This document shows, piece after piece, positions 23,831 through 37,269 of a stretch of 64,000 nucleotides of DNA. Location: the NCBI RefSeq assembly GCF_021028975.2, contig NC_059425.1:57412001-57476000 (forward strand). The letters are read 5' to 3'. Below the pieces are notes generated by a model. The model searched no databases. It worked only from the letters and a program-made list of their open reading frames with translations, and was not told the DNA's origin. The position numbers were made by a program, and so were the translations under genes. Positions within the stretch are counted from its first letter, which is position 1; each line of letters starts with the position of its first letter. The DNA is from Sphaerodactylus townsendi. Its lineage: Eukaryota.

Positions 23831-26800
23831 CTGTAAAATTGAAGAGAAAAATTCACCTATATATTTTGCACGAGGCAACTATAGTCAAGACAGTAACATG
23901 GAAAAAGAAAAGGGAAATGCTTCTTCTCCATTTGGTTTGTATCACTGCCCACAACACATGTATGATTTGTAAGAAGGGACTTTGAGATAGAAGAATACGA
24001 AGAAAGAAGAATCAGAGTCCACCCTGCATCTGTAAGCCTCAGGGGGGCTGTACTGATTCCAATGCTGAATACTGCTGAGCAAAATGAATAGGAAAAATAG
24101 CATGTATAACGGCAGCCATTGGCAAGGTCAACACCACGCACCAAGCCCAAATGAAGCTGCTACCTCTTGTTCAAGGCACCATTTCATTCACTTTCCTGAT
24201 CAGAACTGCAGCTACTGAGAAAAGGTATAGTTCAGAAAGTTATCCGGGTTAGCCTGTTAAAAACAGAAAGCACTTTATCACTGCCTTCATTGACTTACTA
24301 TTGACACAGAGGCTGCATTAACTTAATAGTGGCCAACTGGGGTGAGGGCAAAGGCATCACAAATCCAAAATTTCACTCCAGTATACCTTAATCTGTGTCA
24401 CTGAGAAGTGAAATTGGTCAAGTTTCTGATCATCACCGCCAACCAATTTGCTGCATCTCTGCAGGGGTGTTGGCTTCTACTTGTTGCAAGTAGCCCGTTC
24501 CTGCAAATATACAGGAACAGGAGGGAAAAAAGTCCATCGATCCATTGGCTGCCTGATCTCCACTAGCAAAAGGGAAGGGAGCCAGTCCACAGGTGATCAA
24601 GCATTCCCTACTCAAAAACTGATAACGAACTCTTGAGAAATGTATAACACATATTACATTCTAGAATTTACATGACTAGATGTTTTCTCAACAAGCTATG
24701 ATTTTTATAGTTACTAATTTTAAGTGAAAAGTTTTCTAAATATGTCCACATACAATGCAACTGACTTTGTAACTAGCCCACTTTGGACAATCTGCAAAAA
24801 CCTAGTTCGCTGAAATCATGACGACAGGCAACTCACTTCTTCTACTCCTTGTTGAGAAAAAAAATTATAAGAAGAAAAAAAGGAATTCAAAGACAACGCC
24901 ATACAAAAGCACAGAAACTTGCCACTGAAACAATGTAATTATCTAAGCTATGTGGATATGAATCAGTAGCTATCAAAATAGGTATGTGAATGAAGTTATG
25001 TGAAACAGAGAAGCTTTTTATAAGAAGAAAAAATCGGGTAAACTGCACATATAGTGGGCATTAAAACATTTATCACCATATTTATGCAAAAAGGGAGAAT
25101 AGTAAAATGAAAAACTGATTTTCACAGAACAAAACCATCAGTTTTTTTGCATGAGATTGCAATCTGGTCATCTGACAGATGGAGAATTGTTGCTTTACGT
25201 CAATGGTTCACTAAGGTCATTTGTCTCTCTATCCACCAACCAAAGTTTCCTACCGCTTTAATGTAGCTCTGATCTATTATCATGCTCCTCACCATGTCGA
25301 TTCTCTCTAATGTGGCCTCCATCATTGCCATCAGGGCACTACTTTACTAAATTAAATCGTAGTTTCTAAATTTACCCAAGATGTTTGTTCCACTAAACTA
25401 CACGAGCCTTCTCCTTTCCTCCATTTCTAGTTAGACCACACCCAAAAGAAGCACTTCTTTCCAAGAAACTGGCCAGCTATTGCAATGGAACGGTGACGGT
25501 CAGTAGCTTATACAAGTTCATGGAGAATAATTTCTTCAAATCTCAGGGAAGCTAAGAAGGGTCTCTTGCCTTGAAAACCCCACCAGCGGTTGCCAAGTCA
25601 AACAGGACTTGATGGCAAAAAAAGAAAAAGAGGAAGAAGCTATTAGCCATGAAAACTGAATTGAACTCCACCTTCAGAGGAAATAAACCTCTGGGTACCA
25701 ATGCTGGAGGACATCACTGCTGAGGAAAATTTGAATTCCATGTCCTGCTTCTAGGGCTCCTGGAGACGTTTACCTGGCCACTGTGTGCAACAGGTTGCTG
25801 AACTTGAAAAATGTCATTAAAAACCCTCTCAAATCTGAAACTCCATTGGTGACCAAACCAATCCAGAATACCAGTATGGAAACATCCAAAATCTGAATAT
25901 CAATCTTTTCCCAAGCCCATAGCCCTATTCCCTGATGGCAGAACTCATCAAGGCACTGTTTTTTTAAATCCGATCCTATTTCAAACATGTGCCAATAAGC
26001 ATGCAAACTTTTTTTCAGTACTTCATTATACTCCTTTACCATCCCAAAGAATGTTGCTGTGTGGAATCTGATCATTAGCTCATGACCTAATTGCCTTACT
26101 AAGCCAGTCAGAACATGGTCCTGGTCTGAACAGGAAAAAAATGCAGGCCAGTGTAGACTTGTACAGCCTAACCTGAATCTTAATAGTTGTGTATTTGACA
26201 GCTGTTTGGGATATCTTTTTCTGCTTGGTGGAAAAACAAGCAGTTACTACTCACACAGACACACTCATATCAGCCTTTTGTGCTGTATAGAGAACTGGGA
26301 CATTGTTTTTGCATTTCATAGTATCCTTTGTTATTTGCATTTTGGCTTGAAAAAATCTTGCTAATCCATCTCCAGTTGCCTTGATTGATCCCTTAATACC
26401 ACAAAAGAAGCACCTTCCAGTTTGGGGGTGGGGGGGTGGGGGAGCTTGCTTTCAAGTAAATAGAACACCTAAGCAAATCCCACTGAACACAAGGGAAAAT
26501 TTCCCTTTAAAATGAAGGCATAAAATCTATGGCCTGGATCTACAGGATTATTTTTACATATGTAATGGGGGCATTTTTGCTGATTCTCTCTGCCCACAAT
26601 AGAATTCTGACTCATGCCATTTTGGGGGGCTCCCAGTTCCGCAGGATATTTCAGGGACACTTTGGACTGAAGCAGTAGGGGGAAGTCACACTCCACAGAG
26701 AAAAATATGTGCAGGCAGATTTCATACACATTTTGGGAAAAAGACAATGAACTCAATAGTTGATGGAAATTTGTATAGTGGAATACAGATTAAAAAGGCC

Positions 26801-27699
26801 ACAGTTAAAATACCTGAGGAACTATTGTATGCTTTATTATACTATCTAGAGGATATAGTAGGAAAGAAGATTTATGATTCATTTTTAACTTGTTAACAGC
26901 TTTTTAAATAGCGATATCATTGTATATGGAAAGCCATGTTGCCCACCCTTGGAAGAATACTTCACTGTTTTCAACAAGGCTGGAGGAAAGGTGTCCTGTT
27001 GCTTTAATAGAGGCTTAACGGGATGCTATTTACTAGCTGCTGTTATTTACATATATGCCATGAAAAGCTTCAATTTTCTGTCTCTATATATTAACCTTCT
27101 GCTAACAGGACTTTTCCCCCAGGTCTGTTGACAACCTTACTAAAAGTGATGGTTGTCTTAATGAAGTTTATATATTAACAATTATTTTTAGATATCTAGT
27201 TTTCTTGCAAAGTTTCCATTCTCCAATGGTTGCTATGTTGTACAATGATATATTTGGCAACTTTGTGGTTTTCTCTGTTATGAATTTTTAAAAAATATAT
27301 CTAAAGGTGTTTATAATACTTTGCCAAGATGCCATTTGTGAAAAGGGATGTGTCACCTCCTCTTTCAAATTATAAGGCAACTGCAAAAACAACTATTTTA
27401 GTGTGTGTGGATTTACTGCAATATATTGTAAGGCTCAATAACTCTTACAAACCTTCGGAATTCCAGCTTTCATTCATTAAATAAAAATGGAATTGTTTCT
27501 CCCAAGCTTGGAACAGTTTCTCCCTAATTTCTCCCAAAATTAGGGTTATTCTAGGAAACAGCATGGATATCTGACATATCTGTATCTCTTGCTAATTATT
27601 ATAGGCCACCTGAAAGAAGTGCTTAAAAAACAACTTGAAAAAATAATTAAGTTGCTAGTAAGAGCTATGAAGCGAGTTTACAACAAAATAAAGAGCTAT

Positions 27700-28317
27700 T
27701 AATGTATTGTCGAAGGCTTTCATGGCTGGAATTACTAGGGTGTTGTGTGGTTTCCAGGCTGTATGGCCGTGTTCTAGTAGCATTTTTCTCCTGACATTTC
27801 GCCTGCATCTGTGGCTGGTATCTTCAGAGGATCTGATGAAGTGGTGGGATTCAGCAGGTTCGCACCGGCAGAACCAGTAGTTAAAATGGTGCTTGTAAAC
27901 AACCAGTTGTTAAATTATTTGAATCCTACCACCGGAACTGGTTGTTAAATTATTTGAATCCCACCACTGATCTGATGGTAGCAAAGCAAGTGGAATATAT
28001 ATACCTGTGGAATGTCCAGGGTGGGAGAAAGAACAATGCAGATGCCCTCACTAATTGATTATGCTGTCTTCATGGTTACTCACATGCTAAATGGGTGGAT
28101 CCCACCCAACAAATGCAAATCAAGCTTGCTAATTGCACCCTTTACACCTGTTAACAGGGAAATGGTTCTTTCTCCCACCCTGGACATTCCACAAGTATAT
28201 ATACTCCACTTGCTTTACTACCATCAGATCCTCTGAAGATGCTAGCCACTGATGCAGGCGAAGAGTCAGGAGAAAATGCTACTAGAACACGGCCATACAG
28301 CCTGGAAACCGCACCCC
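27700..28317. mobile_element. Palindromic Penelope-like element with nested hAT MITE (27839-27969)
   Basis: Inverted arms ~27742-28034 and ~28165-28313, flanked by the 10-bp duplication AAAGAGCTAT (27690-27699, 28318-28327). The nested MITE has gtggtgggattca / tgaatcccaccactg TIRs and TSD ATCTGATG. Confidence 0.8.
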
Positions 28318-29593
28318 AAAGAGCTATCTGACAGTTCAAAAGGATCAAAAATCAATAATGATAAATTAATATGTATTAGTCAACCAATATTGGCTAGATT
28401 TCCAAATATTCAGTACAACCAAAATATTAATTTAGATGGCTTGATATAAGGCTTGATATTGTTGTGAACAAACATGGTACTTTTGTGGCCACCTTAGCTA
28501 GAATGCATTTCTAAGTAAGGAGGAATATGTTTCATGAATCAAAATTAAAAGATGCTCTGTCATATGTGGGACACCCTTTTAGAGGTGGAGGCTGTAGCGT
28601 CATGACCTGTTGTCACTAGGCTATACTTTTCCAGGTCCTTGTCTTGGATGACTGTTCTGACCGCAGCCACTTACCCTATTCCTTCACTACCTCTTATTTC
28701 TGATCCTTTTTTTAAAAAAAAACCCTAAAAATTTAAGCCTTGGGAGCAAAATAAATCATACAATGTTTATATAGGATAGGTTCAGAAATTAAAATAAAGT
28801 TACTGTTCAATCAAGCATTGAAATTAAAACTATAGTTTGCAGAACATGCATGGATGCTTTGCTTTTTTCTTCTCTCTCCCTCCTGTGTTCAGAATCAATA
28901 AATGCTTTCTGCTTTAAGTGCAAACCATCATTTTTATTACAGCTGAACCTGTAAATTATGATTTATACTTCCCTTCCAAACTGGGAAGCCAAATGAAGTC
29001 TTGGTTTGGATTTTGAATATAAATCAGAAATTGCTAGTTAAAATGTAATACCAAACCATGCCTTGCAGAAGGGGTTTAAAAAACACACCAAAAAAATCAA
29101 AATGTCAAAGCAAGTAACGGACTGTAGAAGAGGAAGCAGTTGTGCTGGGGAGGGAGAATTCCAACTTGTAGTTCCTTCACAGACATTGTGAAATACTACA
29201 GAAAGGTCAGCAACACAAAGGGTTTTTTTTCCTTTTAAAAACATGCAGATTTCCTGTTAAAAGGGCATGTTCTATTTCCTGTGCTAACACTAACAAAGCC
29301 AATCACATGCACCAAGGTAATCCATATTCTTCACAGACACATTCCCAAATGCTGGATTTTTGCTGCTTTATTTGCAGTGATTTTCTAATTTTACTTCTCT
29401 GATTTCCATATTATTAAGCCTTCAAAACAAAAAAGTACCATGTCAGGTCCGTGCCCCATTGATTGGAAAGGCTGCACAGCCCACTTCTAGCTCCTCAAAT
29501 TTCACCATACATGTTCTGAATGGACTTTTGCTGTGGGGCTTGCCCTGGTCATTAATACACAAATAACTCCTTATGGAAGAAGTGTTTGCTTAC

Positions 29594-29757
29594 CTCATTG
29601 TGTTCCAAACAGCTAATCATGAGTTCTGTCAAAATAACTACCCCTGTTCTCCCCACACCAGCACTGCAGTGCACCACAATGGGAGGGTTGCAATTGTTGC
29701 TGCTGTCCAGAACACTGTTGGTATGGCGGCGCACAGACTGTATCTCTTCCAAATAAG
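29594..29757 (-). CDS. PTPN14: PTPN14 exon (approx. 18; catalytic P-loop)
   Basis: (S)[54 protein letters not shown], with intact [14 protein letters not shown] boundaries; 164 nt. Confidence 0.97.
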
Positions 29758-30813
29758 CTGTAAAGGAGGGGAAAAAGAAAATTACGGTCCCAAACCCTTC
29801 ACATAAAAGATAACAAATCTATGGAGAAGCAAGCTTCCTTTCAAATTATGATCATTTACATTTCTTACAAGACACTAATTATTTGGCCTCTGGACAGAAA
29901 ACAGCACCGAATCCAGCAAGTACCAGCAGGGTGTCAATTACTCCTTGGGACTTTGGTTCTTTAATTTAAGCAGCTCTTTAAAACACATACATATCTTCCC
30001 CCCCCCGCCCCCACTCCAAATCCCCAAGTCCCTTAAGCAGATGACTGTAGACATTACTTACAGCTATTCCTGCTATTAGCAGGCTGGGATCACAACAGCA
30101 GCAAGGTCCCCTTGAAACAAATTCCTGACAGCGCCAGTATCTAATGGAAAGGGAGCATCCATCTGGTCCTCCCCTTCCCTTGCATAAGGAATCAGCATTT
30201 CAAACATATATCTAACTGTGCTGCACTAGCAGGAGTTGGGGGATGTTTCCAGCACAGAATGGGATAGGGTAAAAAGGGTGTATATGTGCCGATGTCCATT
30301 GTCATGTGCAAAAACAGACCGTTTATTTTGTCGTGATTGTGAGTGCTTGGAACGACAACAAAACAGATGCTTCCACAATTTTTTTTTTAACATACGATGG
30401 CATATATAGTTAGGCAAAAAAAAAATTTCTTTCAGGGTAATGAAGTAGCCTACTTCAAGTTTTGTTGCCATACACTCCCCATTTCTTTCGCCGTGCCTCA
30501 GCCTCCAAGTTACATGTTGAAAGCCAGAGCTGTGCCTCTCAGAAGATCAGATCTGGCCCAGGGGCTTTCAGTCACTGAATGCATTTTTTTTCTTACCCTA
30601 GGATTACCATTAAGACTAAAGATATTGAACAAAACAATGGCAAAGGCTAAAGGGAATAATGCAACATTGTCAATGACATCAAGAAAACCCATTTGTTATG
30701 CATGTTTCTCATTACAGACCATTCTGATACTGGTTCTGATACTTATTTCCCCTCCCCCCTCCAAAAAAAGTGGGAAGAATCACACTTTCACGATAATATG
30801 GAAGAAATCTTAC

Positions 30814-31045
30814 AAAGAAAACCTTGCTCTTCTGGGCAACCATGATCTGGCCAGTCGGTGTACTGCAAATGCCATACTGTTTTTTCCTGCCCCAGCAAAA
30901 GGTGCTTGACCTTCAGACCTGTTGTGGCATAGCAACCAGAATCGGTGCGGAATTTGGTGGTCACCTTGAACTTCCCATATGTTGCTGAGCTGTGCTTGGA
31001 GCCCAACTTTGGCCAATAACGGTGGCTCTTAGTTCTTCCTCTTTC
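30814..31045 (-). CDS. PTPN14: PTPN14 exon (approx. 17; WPD loop)
   Basis: [77 protein letters not shown]. Acceptor aatag, donor gtaaga; 232 nt. Confidence 0.96.
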
Positions 31046-31576
31046 CTATTCCATAACAAGAGAAACAGGTACAAAATTAGCATGGCTTGGCTCTTACCTG
31101 ACACAGCTCCAATAGTCACAGAGAATAACTAACCATTCATCACTGAAAATCATGTACTCCCCCTCTTGTTCTCTGATCTACTACAAAAACAGGCCCTGCA
31201 GAATTAGTAACTTTCACAATATGCAATTGTTCAGTGGGAGGACTGTACCTTGGGTATTTATACAAATTGTACTGTATAGGATGGTCAATTTTTTCATTCT
31301 CTGGGTCAAGGATTAGAAATATATCAACGCCTGAATGAATGGATCTTCTGATATCCGGAATACATTTTTTCTATACCTTGCAAATCTCAACTTCAGGGTT
31401 CAAATGTGTCATCAGTTGGCCATGCACCAGCACAGGCAGAGAATCTGGAGGTACAAGCTAAGCTTCCCTGAAAAATTCACAACCACAGCCTACTCCTTTA
31501 GCCACTTAAAACCTGGAATAAGGCTTTAGAGGGTTGTCTTTTATTTTGTCATTTGGTGTTTTTATTATTTTTATTG

Positions 31577-31580
<4 letters not shown>

Positions 31581-31611
<31 letters not shown>
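31581..31611. repeat. (GAT)n microsatellite
   Basis: About 10 GAT units. Confidence 0.95.
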
Positions 31612-31638
31612 TTTGTATACCACCCTTCCCCAAAGGGG

Positions 31639-31722
31639 GAGGAAAGAAAGAGCTGAAAGTATACATGAGGAAAGAAAGAGCTGAAAGTATACATGAGGAA
31701 AGAAAGAGCTGAAAGTATACAT
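31639..31722. repeat. Perfect 28-bp tandem repeat, three copies
   Basis: GAGGAAAGAAAGAGCTGAAAGTATACAT three times with no spacers. Confidence 0.95.
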
Positions 31723-33168
31723 GTAGAGTACTGGGGATTAACAGACAGATTCAAAATTTCCTTCAGTTTTTCATAATTGATACTATGCATGTGGGCTGAC
31801 TCCAAAAATAGTGCACAGCAGGACATAATTTGTCAAAAAGATTGCCCTCGTTCTCCAGACAATTTTTAAAAAGTGTATGGCTGGAGTAACATGACATGGA
31901 TCCATATAGTTGGAAGAAAACAAAACAACTGTTTCATTTGTGATTGGTATTCAGCCAGTCCCCCAAGGGCATCATTCTGTACTCTCCCAGAAAGTTGGCC
32001 AAGAGGGGACAATACTGGTTGGCTGCTCCCACTCAAATGGAGAACATCTTCCTTGCTTCAGGGCAAACTAGGATGCATAGTTGTTCCAGGACTGCCCTTT
32101 TATCATACAGCATGCATTCCCACTTCTGTGGGGGCGGGAAAAGCCCACCATCTCGAGACAGCGAAAATTCCCTGCTACATCTATGTTCGCAATGAATAAT
32201 TGCCTTATTATAAATGCATGTATATAATCATAGTTCAGACCATGAGATAGTCCAAGTATTTGCAGCATTTTAGGCAAACACTCCCTCCCCGGTCAGATTA
32301 TTCTGTAACATTAAGTGGACTCTTGCTCCCCCTTCTGAACAGCTGAAACTGGTAAATGTTTAAAATAGGAAAAAATCAGGCCATGCCACTAAAAAAGAAA
32401 GGCTGCTCCTTGGTGGCCATAAAAGCAGAAGAGCTCTGAACTGGATACAGGGCTGGTTACTGGTAGCTGCCAGTTTTACAGCACGATGCATGGTTCTGGG
32501 ATCAGAAAAGAGGATTTTTTAAAAATGGACACTTTAACAGGTTTCTTGCAGCTGATAAGGATGCTAGTATGCAGACATGGCCTTGGATGAGTTATGAATG
32601 CCATTTGTTGCAAACAAGAGCAGCTTGGCTTTCTCAGAATTCACTGAAATTATCTTTGCTTTGTTTGGTATGCTACAATCTTCTTATACAGCAAAACATC
32701 CATTATTACATCATATGGCCAAAACGTTACAAATGTGGCTGTAACTCTTTAGTCATCCTAGGCTGAAATTCAAAAGGAATTTAGGGAGAACTTCAAAAAG
32801 GGTAAAGAAACAACAACAACGGGGCTACAAGCAGATATCAGGATAGAACATATGAGGTGTGTGTGTGGGGGGGGGGGTTATATAGTATATATATAGAATG
32901 AGAAACAACTATTATCACTCTAATCATGACAAGAAGTCATGATTTGGTTTGGATCATGGTGACATGACAAAGGATTTTTGTCTGGGGGACTGCTGTAACA
33001 TTTGACAGGCTGACTTGGAGAGTGGGTTAACCCAACAAACACAGAGAGAAAGGAAGTGATGGAGAAGAGGCTCGTACTCCCCAAAACTGATCCCGGTACC
33101 TTTCAGGGAAGGTACCCTCTCAGGTCTGAGAAATGTTACAGAGGTTTACTTTATAGAAGCCCCACTTA

Positions 33169-33339
<171 letters not shown>

Positions 33340-35284
33340 TTAAGTTAGCTGTAGAATTGAACATCTAAATCTATTTGAGAATTAACTTATTTAGACTCAC
33401 CAAGTGCCAACAACAGTTGGGTTTTCAATGATAATGTAGTTCAGTCATGTAGTCTATTATGCAGCAAACTGGGCAGTACATTAGCAAATCCCCTAAACTA
33501 TTTGAAGGCCCTAGGTCGAGTTTATAATGTGATAGATGGTTTTGACATTTCTGTACAATATAACGTCATTTCATTGTACCATATTTTTGTTGGCTTGATT
33601 GAGTTGAAGGAACCCTGTATTTTAGCAGACTTTTAAGGAATGTGTTGGGAGGGCGGGAAGACATGCAGCAAGGAGTATTGATGTTGAAAATTTGTAGGGT
33701 TTTTTTAAAAAACTATATTTGGACAGAATATGTATATCTTAATAGCTTGGTTAGAAGGTGTGTTTTTTTAAAAAAAAATGCTGTCAATCTCAAGGACATC
33801 AAACTTAGTAGTAATGTGGGAGTCTAGTGTGAGCTCTTAACAGGATGATATGAAAGTTTATTTGCCTGCTTAATCCTAGTCCAAATGCTCAGCTTCCTGG
33901 CACAAGACACAAATGATACCCCATAAATAGTCTAGAGGGAGTGCATTGCCTGGAATGCGGCTGCATTCTGTTGCCCTGATGGCAGGATATTAAAAATTGA
34001 TAATGGGGTGAAAGCCACTTGCTGTGTGACTAAGGTAAAATTTGCAGATGCAATTTCACCTTCTGAGCAAAAGAACATCTGCTTGGCTTCTGTAACAACC
34101 ACCTGGAGTGGGAGAAGAAGAGTACTGGCAGGAAACAGAGTTGTATACTAAAAACATTAGCACATGTCGCTACATGCACCACAGAACAATGCGCATATGT
34201 CCAATGTTGACACACAAGATGAAATATGGACTCTTAAAACTGGCTGGGGAAAATTCTTTCTTGGACCATGCCACCTCACAGGACAAAATTTATGCTTTGA
34301 GAAATGATCTCTCCTCCCACAAATGGATGCAAAAAAATTAGATTCAGTAATCAGTCATCCAAGCTGCAACAGATAGTGCCAAAAAAACACAGTATCTGCT
34401 ACCCACCAGGTTCTTTGGCAGAAATCTGACAGGATTCTGGTTCAGGAAGGTGTTTTGACTCAACAAGGTTTAACACAGTAAATTATGACCCAAGCTGGAT
34501 TTGTAATGTAAGCAGTAAAATATATTTACAATTTAAGCTGTTTTGACCAGCAATTAAATATATAAAAGCAGACAAGTTCAAATTCTATTAAAATAATGCA
34601 GTTCATATAGCCAACTCTGTTTTTTTTCTTTGAAAGGTTCATCTCATCTAGGTATACATGGACTACCCAGAAAGTAAAGAACTTTCAGTTTGTATTGAAC
34701 CAACTTTTTTTTCATAAATGTTCAACCTTTTCAAAAGAATGAGATAGTGAATGATTTTGGGCCAATACAGATTTGGGCTCCAGTTCCCAAGTCAGAATCA
34801 AGATGCCCGTTACACAAGCATTTTACCTAAAAATAGTTGAGGGCAGATTCTAGGCCTGTTCTAAAAATAGCTGTGCTAGGCCTTTTAGCATGTTTGGAAT
34901 AGATTAAGTCATCTACTTCAGATTCTAAAACTCAAACTGAAGTTTTCCCTACCATGAACTGAGAGTGCCCTAAGGCACTGATAATCTTTCTTCACCTGTA
35001 AAATGAGAAAATAAGTGAGTCACACCACCAGAAAGTTATTGTGAGGATGAACAAGTGAAAGGAGTAGAAAGTATTTTGCGTACAAAAGCAATAATCCTAC
35101 AGATCATTCCTCCTATTGTACCTAAAAATAATAGAGGCCAAATGAACATAACTTTCAAATGATTCTCCCATTCCATTTACACTGAGTACAGATCTCACAA
35201 TGGTTTTGTGGATAAGGATGGTAAACTGGAAACAGGGAGATCAGAGTTTCTTTCAACTACAGTGGTTATTTCCTCTGCCTTTAC

Positions 35285-35503
35285 CTTTATGTGTGAGGCA
35301 TTGATGTAGCCAGTATTGTTTTCTTTGGTTGGGACCAACTCTACTCGATTCTCCTCATACGGAATGACTTCCCTCACACGGTTACGCTCTGCATTCTCTG
35401 GAAGCATTGCTGTGGTAAAGTTTCCATCTGCTTTCTTCTTTGTAATCTGCTCATACTCAGTGAATACCATTCCTTCTTCCAGTTTTCTCCTCAGAATTTT
35501 GCA
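35285..35503 (-). CDS. PTPN14: PTPN14 exon (approx. 15; start of PTP domain)
   Basis: [73 protein letters not shown]. taatag/gtaaag; 219 nt. Confidence 0.95.
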
Positions 35504-37050
35504 CTATTATTTTCAACCCCCAAAAGAAGAAAAAAATATTGTATCTCAAGACAAACTTCACATAGTTGCTACACATCATACTAAATATAGTTGGAAGCAA
35601 ATAAATAAATAAAGACCACTGTGATCTGCTGAATATTGTATAGAATTCCCCTCAAATCTTCTGATTTCACACTTGATCTATTCCATCCCGTTTAAGAATC
35701 AGTAACTACTATTATTACTATCTTGTTGGAACTCAACTTCAGTCTGAACCCATAGCCAGTTCATCCGAGCCACTATGCAGTGGCTTAGGAAAACAAAATG
35801 ACACTGGCTGAGAGCTGAAATAAATCTACAGGGTCATATTGCCTCTCCTTGTCTCCAGATGCCCATTATCCACAACAGTCTTAGTTCCATGACCAAGCTG
35901 GAAGCCTAACTGCAGCAAATTCAGAACACCTGCTTTATCCAGAAATGCCATTTCTTGTGAAGCAACCATACAGCCAAATAAATTTTCACCCAAACAGGAA
36001 ACACTGATTTTAAAAAAGCATAAAAGGCTGTTACTGCTTTAAGGATGGCTTTTTTCAAGGGGTGTGTGTGTGATAACCACTTTCTTCAATAAGGATATTC
36101 CTTTCCTAGTTGATGACTGATAGTGTGAAAACCCCAAGGTCTTCTGTAGTTGGTGATCTTTCACCAAGCAAGACCCAAGGCCAGTAAGTACATGGTAGGA
36201 GAACATACCACAGAGCAAAAGATAAATGTGCTTGCCTGCAGAAGCCCTTTGTAAATTGCAGCTGATTCATGTCAAAACACAACACATTAAGCAGAGTGCG
36301 GTCCTGTAAATACAGCATGTCATGACAGATTCATTCCATTTGCTTGAACATGCTTTTGCAGAAGTGATTATTTCCAGGGCAACAGAAAGCAATACTGTCA
36401 TAACTGACAGCACAACTAGACATCATGGTGTCCCTGGATTCGACTTGGGCAAGCTGCTGCCATTTTAGAGCTGAATGGGGGCTGTTTAAAAATGTTGCAA
36501 GGGTCCAGTCCTGATGAGACCTATAACATGAAGGGATCAGTTGTTCTCACTCCATGCCTTTTCAAGTTCCAAAACAGCTGCATGTGTATCTCAATTCCTG
36601 AAACGATATGGGAGGCGGGGGTGGAGATGTGGGGGGGGGGGGGGGAGACCACCTGATTGCACTGTGCTGCCCTAATGGTATTTTTATGTGAACTTCATTC
36701 ATCTCTAAAATGGTCATGCCCTGTGCTACATATGCTTGATCCTAAGCATATGTATTAATCCTTGGTTAATCGATGTGCATAGTGTTGACTGTCTGTGGAA
36801 TGCCATTTTTTCAACAGCCCATAACCTTGACAGTGGTGCTATTTCCATAGCATCTACAATGATATGAGAATTTTTTATTATAAAAGCGTCATTTCCATAC
36901 AACACTAAATCTGGGCTAGTTATACACTTAAAAAAAAACCCCGTAGCTTTAATTCTATATGAGAAAATCAGAAAGAGTATTATTTCAACTTAAACTCAAC
37001 AGGAGCAGTGACAGGGGTAGTGAAAGGGGCAGACTTGCAAAGGTGTTTGG

Positions 37051-37269
37051 AATACCGGTTGTTGTGGGTTTTCCGGGCTGTGTGGCCGTGGTCTAGTAGA
37101 TCTTGTTCCCAACGTTTCGCCTCCATCTGTGGCTGGCATCTTCAGAGGTGTATCACAGAGGGAAGTCTGTTACACACTGTGTTTTCTCTCTTTTCTCCCA
37201 CGGCCAGACACCCCCCAAAAAACCCACAACAACCAGTTGAATCTGGCTGTGAAAGACTTCGACAATACA
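37051..37269. mobile_element. Penelope-like element, short inverted form
   Basis: ggttgttgtgggttttccgggctg... and inverted ...aaaacccacaacaacc...gtgaaagacttcgacaata. Flanking duplication GTGTTTGG (37043-37050, 37270-37277). Confidence 0.75.
37108..37148 (-). ncRNA. Minimal type-I hammerhead ribozyme motif (Penelope-associated), intact catalytic core
   Basis: Minus strand reads CCU-CUGAAGA-U-GCCAGCCACAGAUGGAGGC-GAAAC-GUU^GGG: CUGANGA and GAAA cores, stem II GCC/GGC, palindromic ACGU stem III, NUH triplet. Confidence 0.7.

Noticed and set aside
30397-30909. 170-aa plus-strand ORF
   Set aside because: It is partly antisense to a PTPN14 exon and otherwise intronic, with no recognisable homology.
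31639-31722. 28-bp direct repeats of CRISPR-like length
   Set aside because: The copies are head-to-tail with no spacers, inside a vertebrate intron, so this is a simple tandem duplication.
35370-35395. NRV instead of the canonical KNRY phosphotyrosine-recognition motif
   Set aside because: From recall, loss of this tyrosine is a known PTPN14 trait (human RSRI), so it is not specific to this genome.
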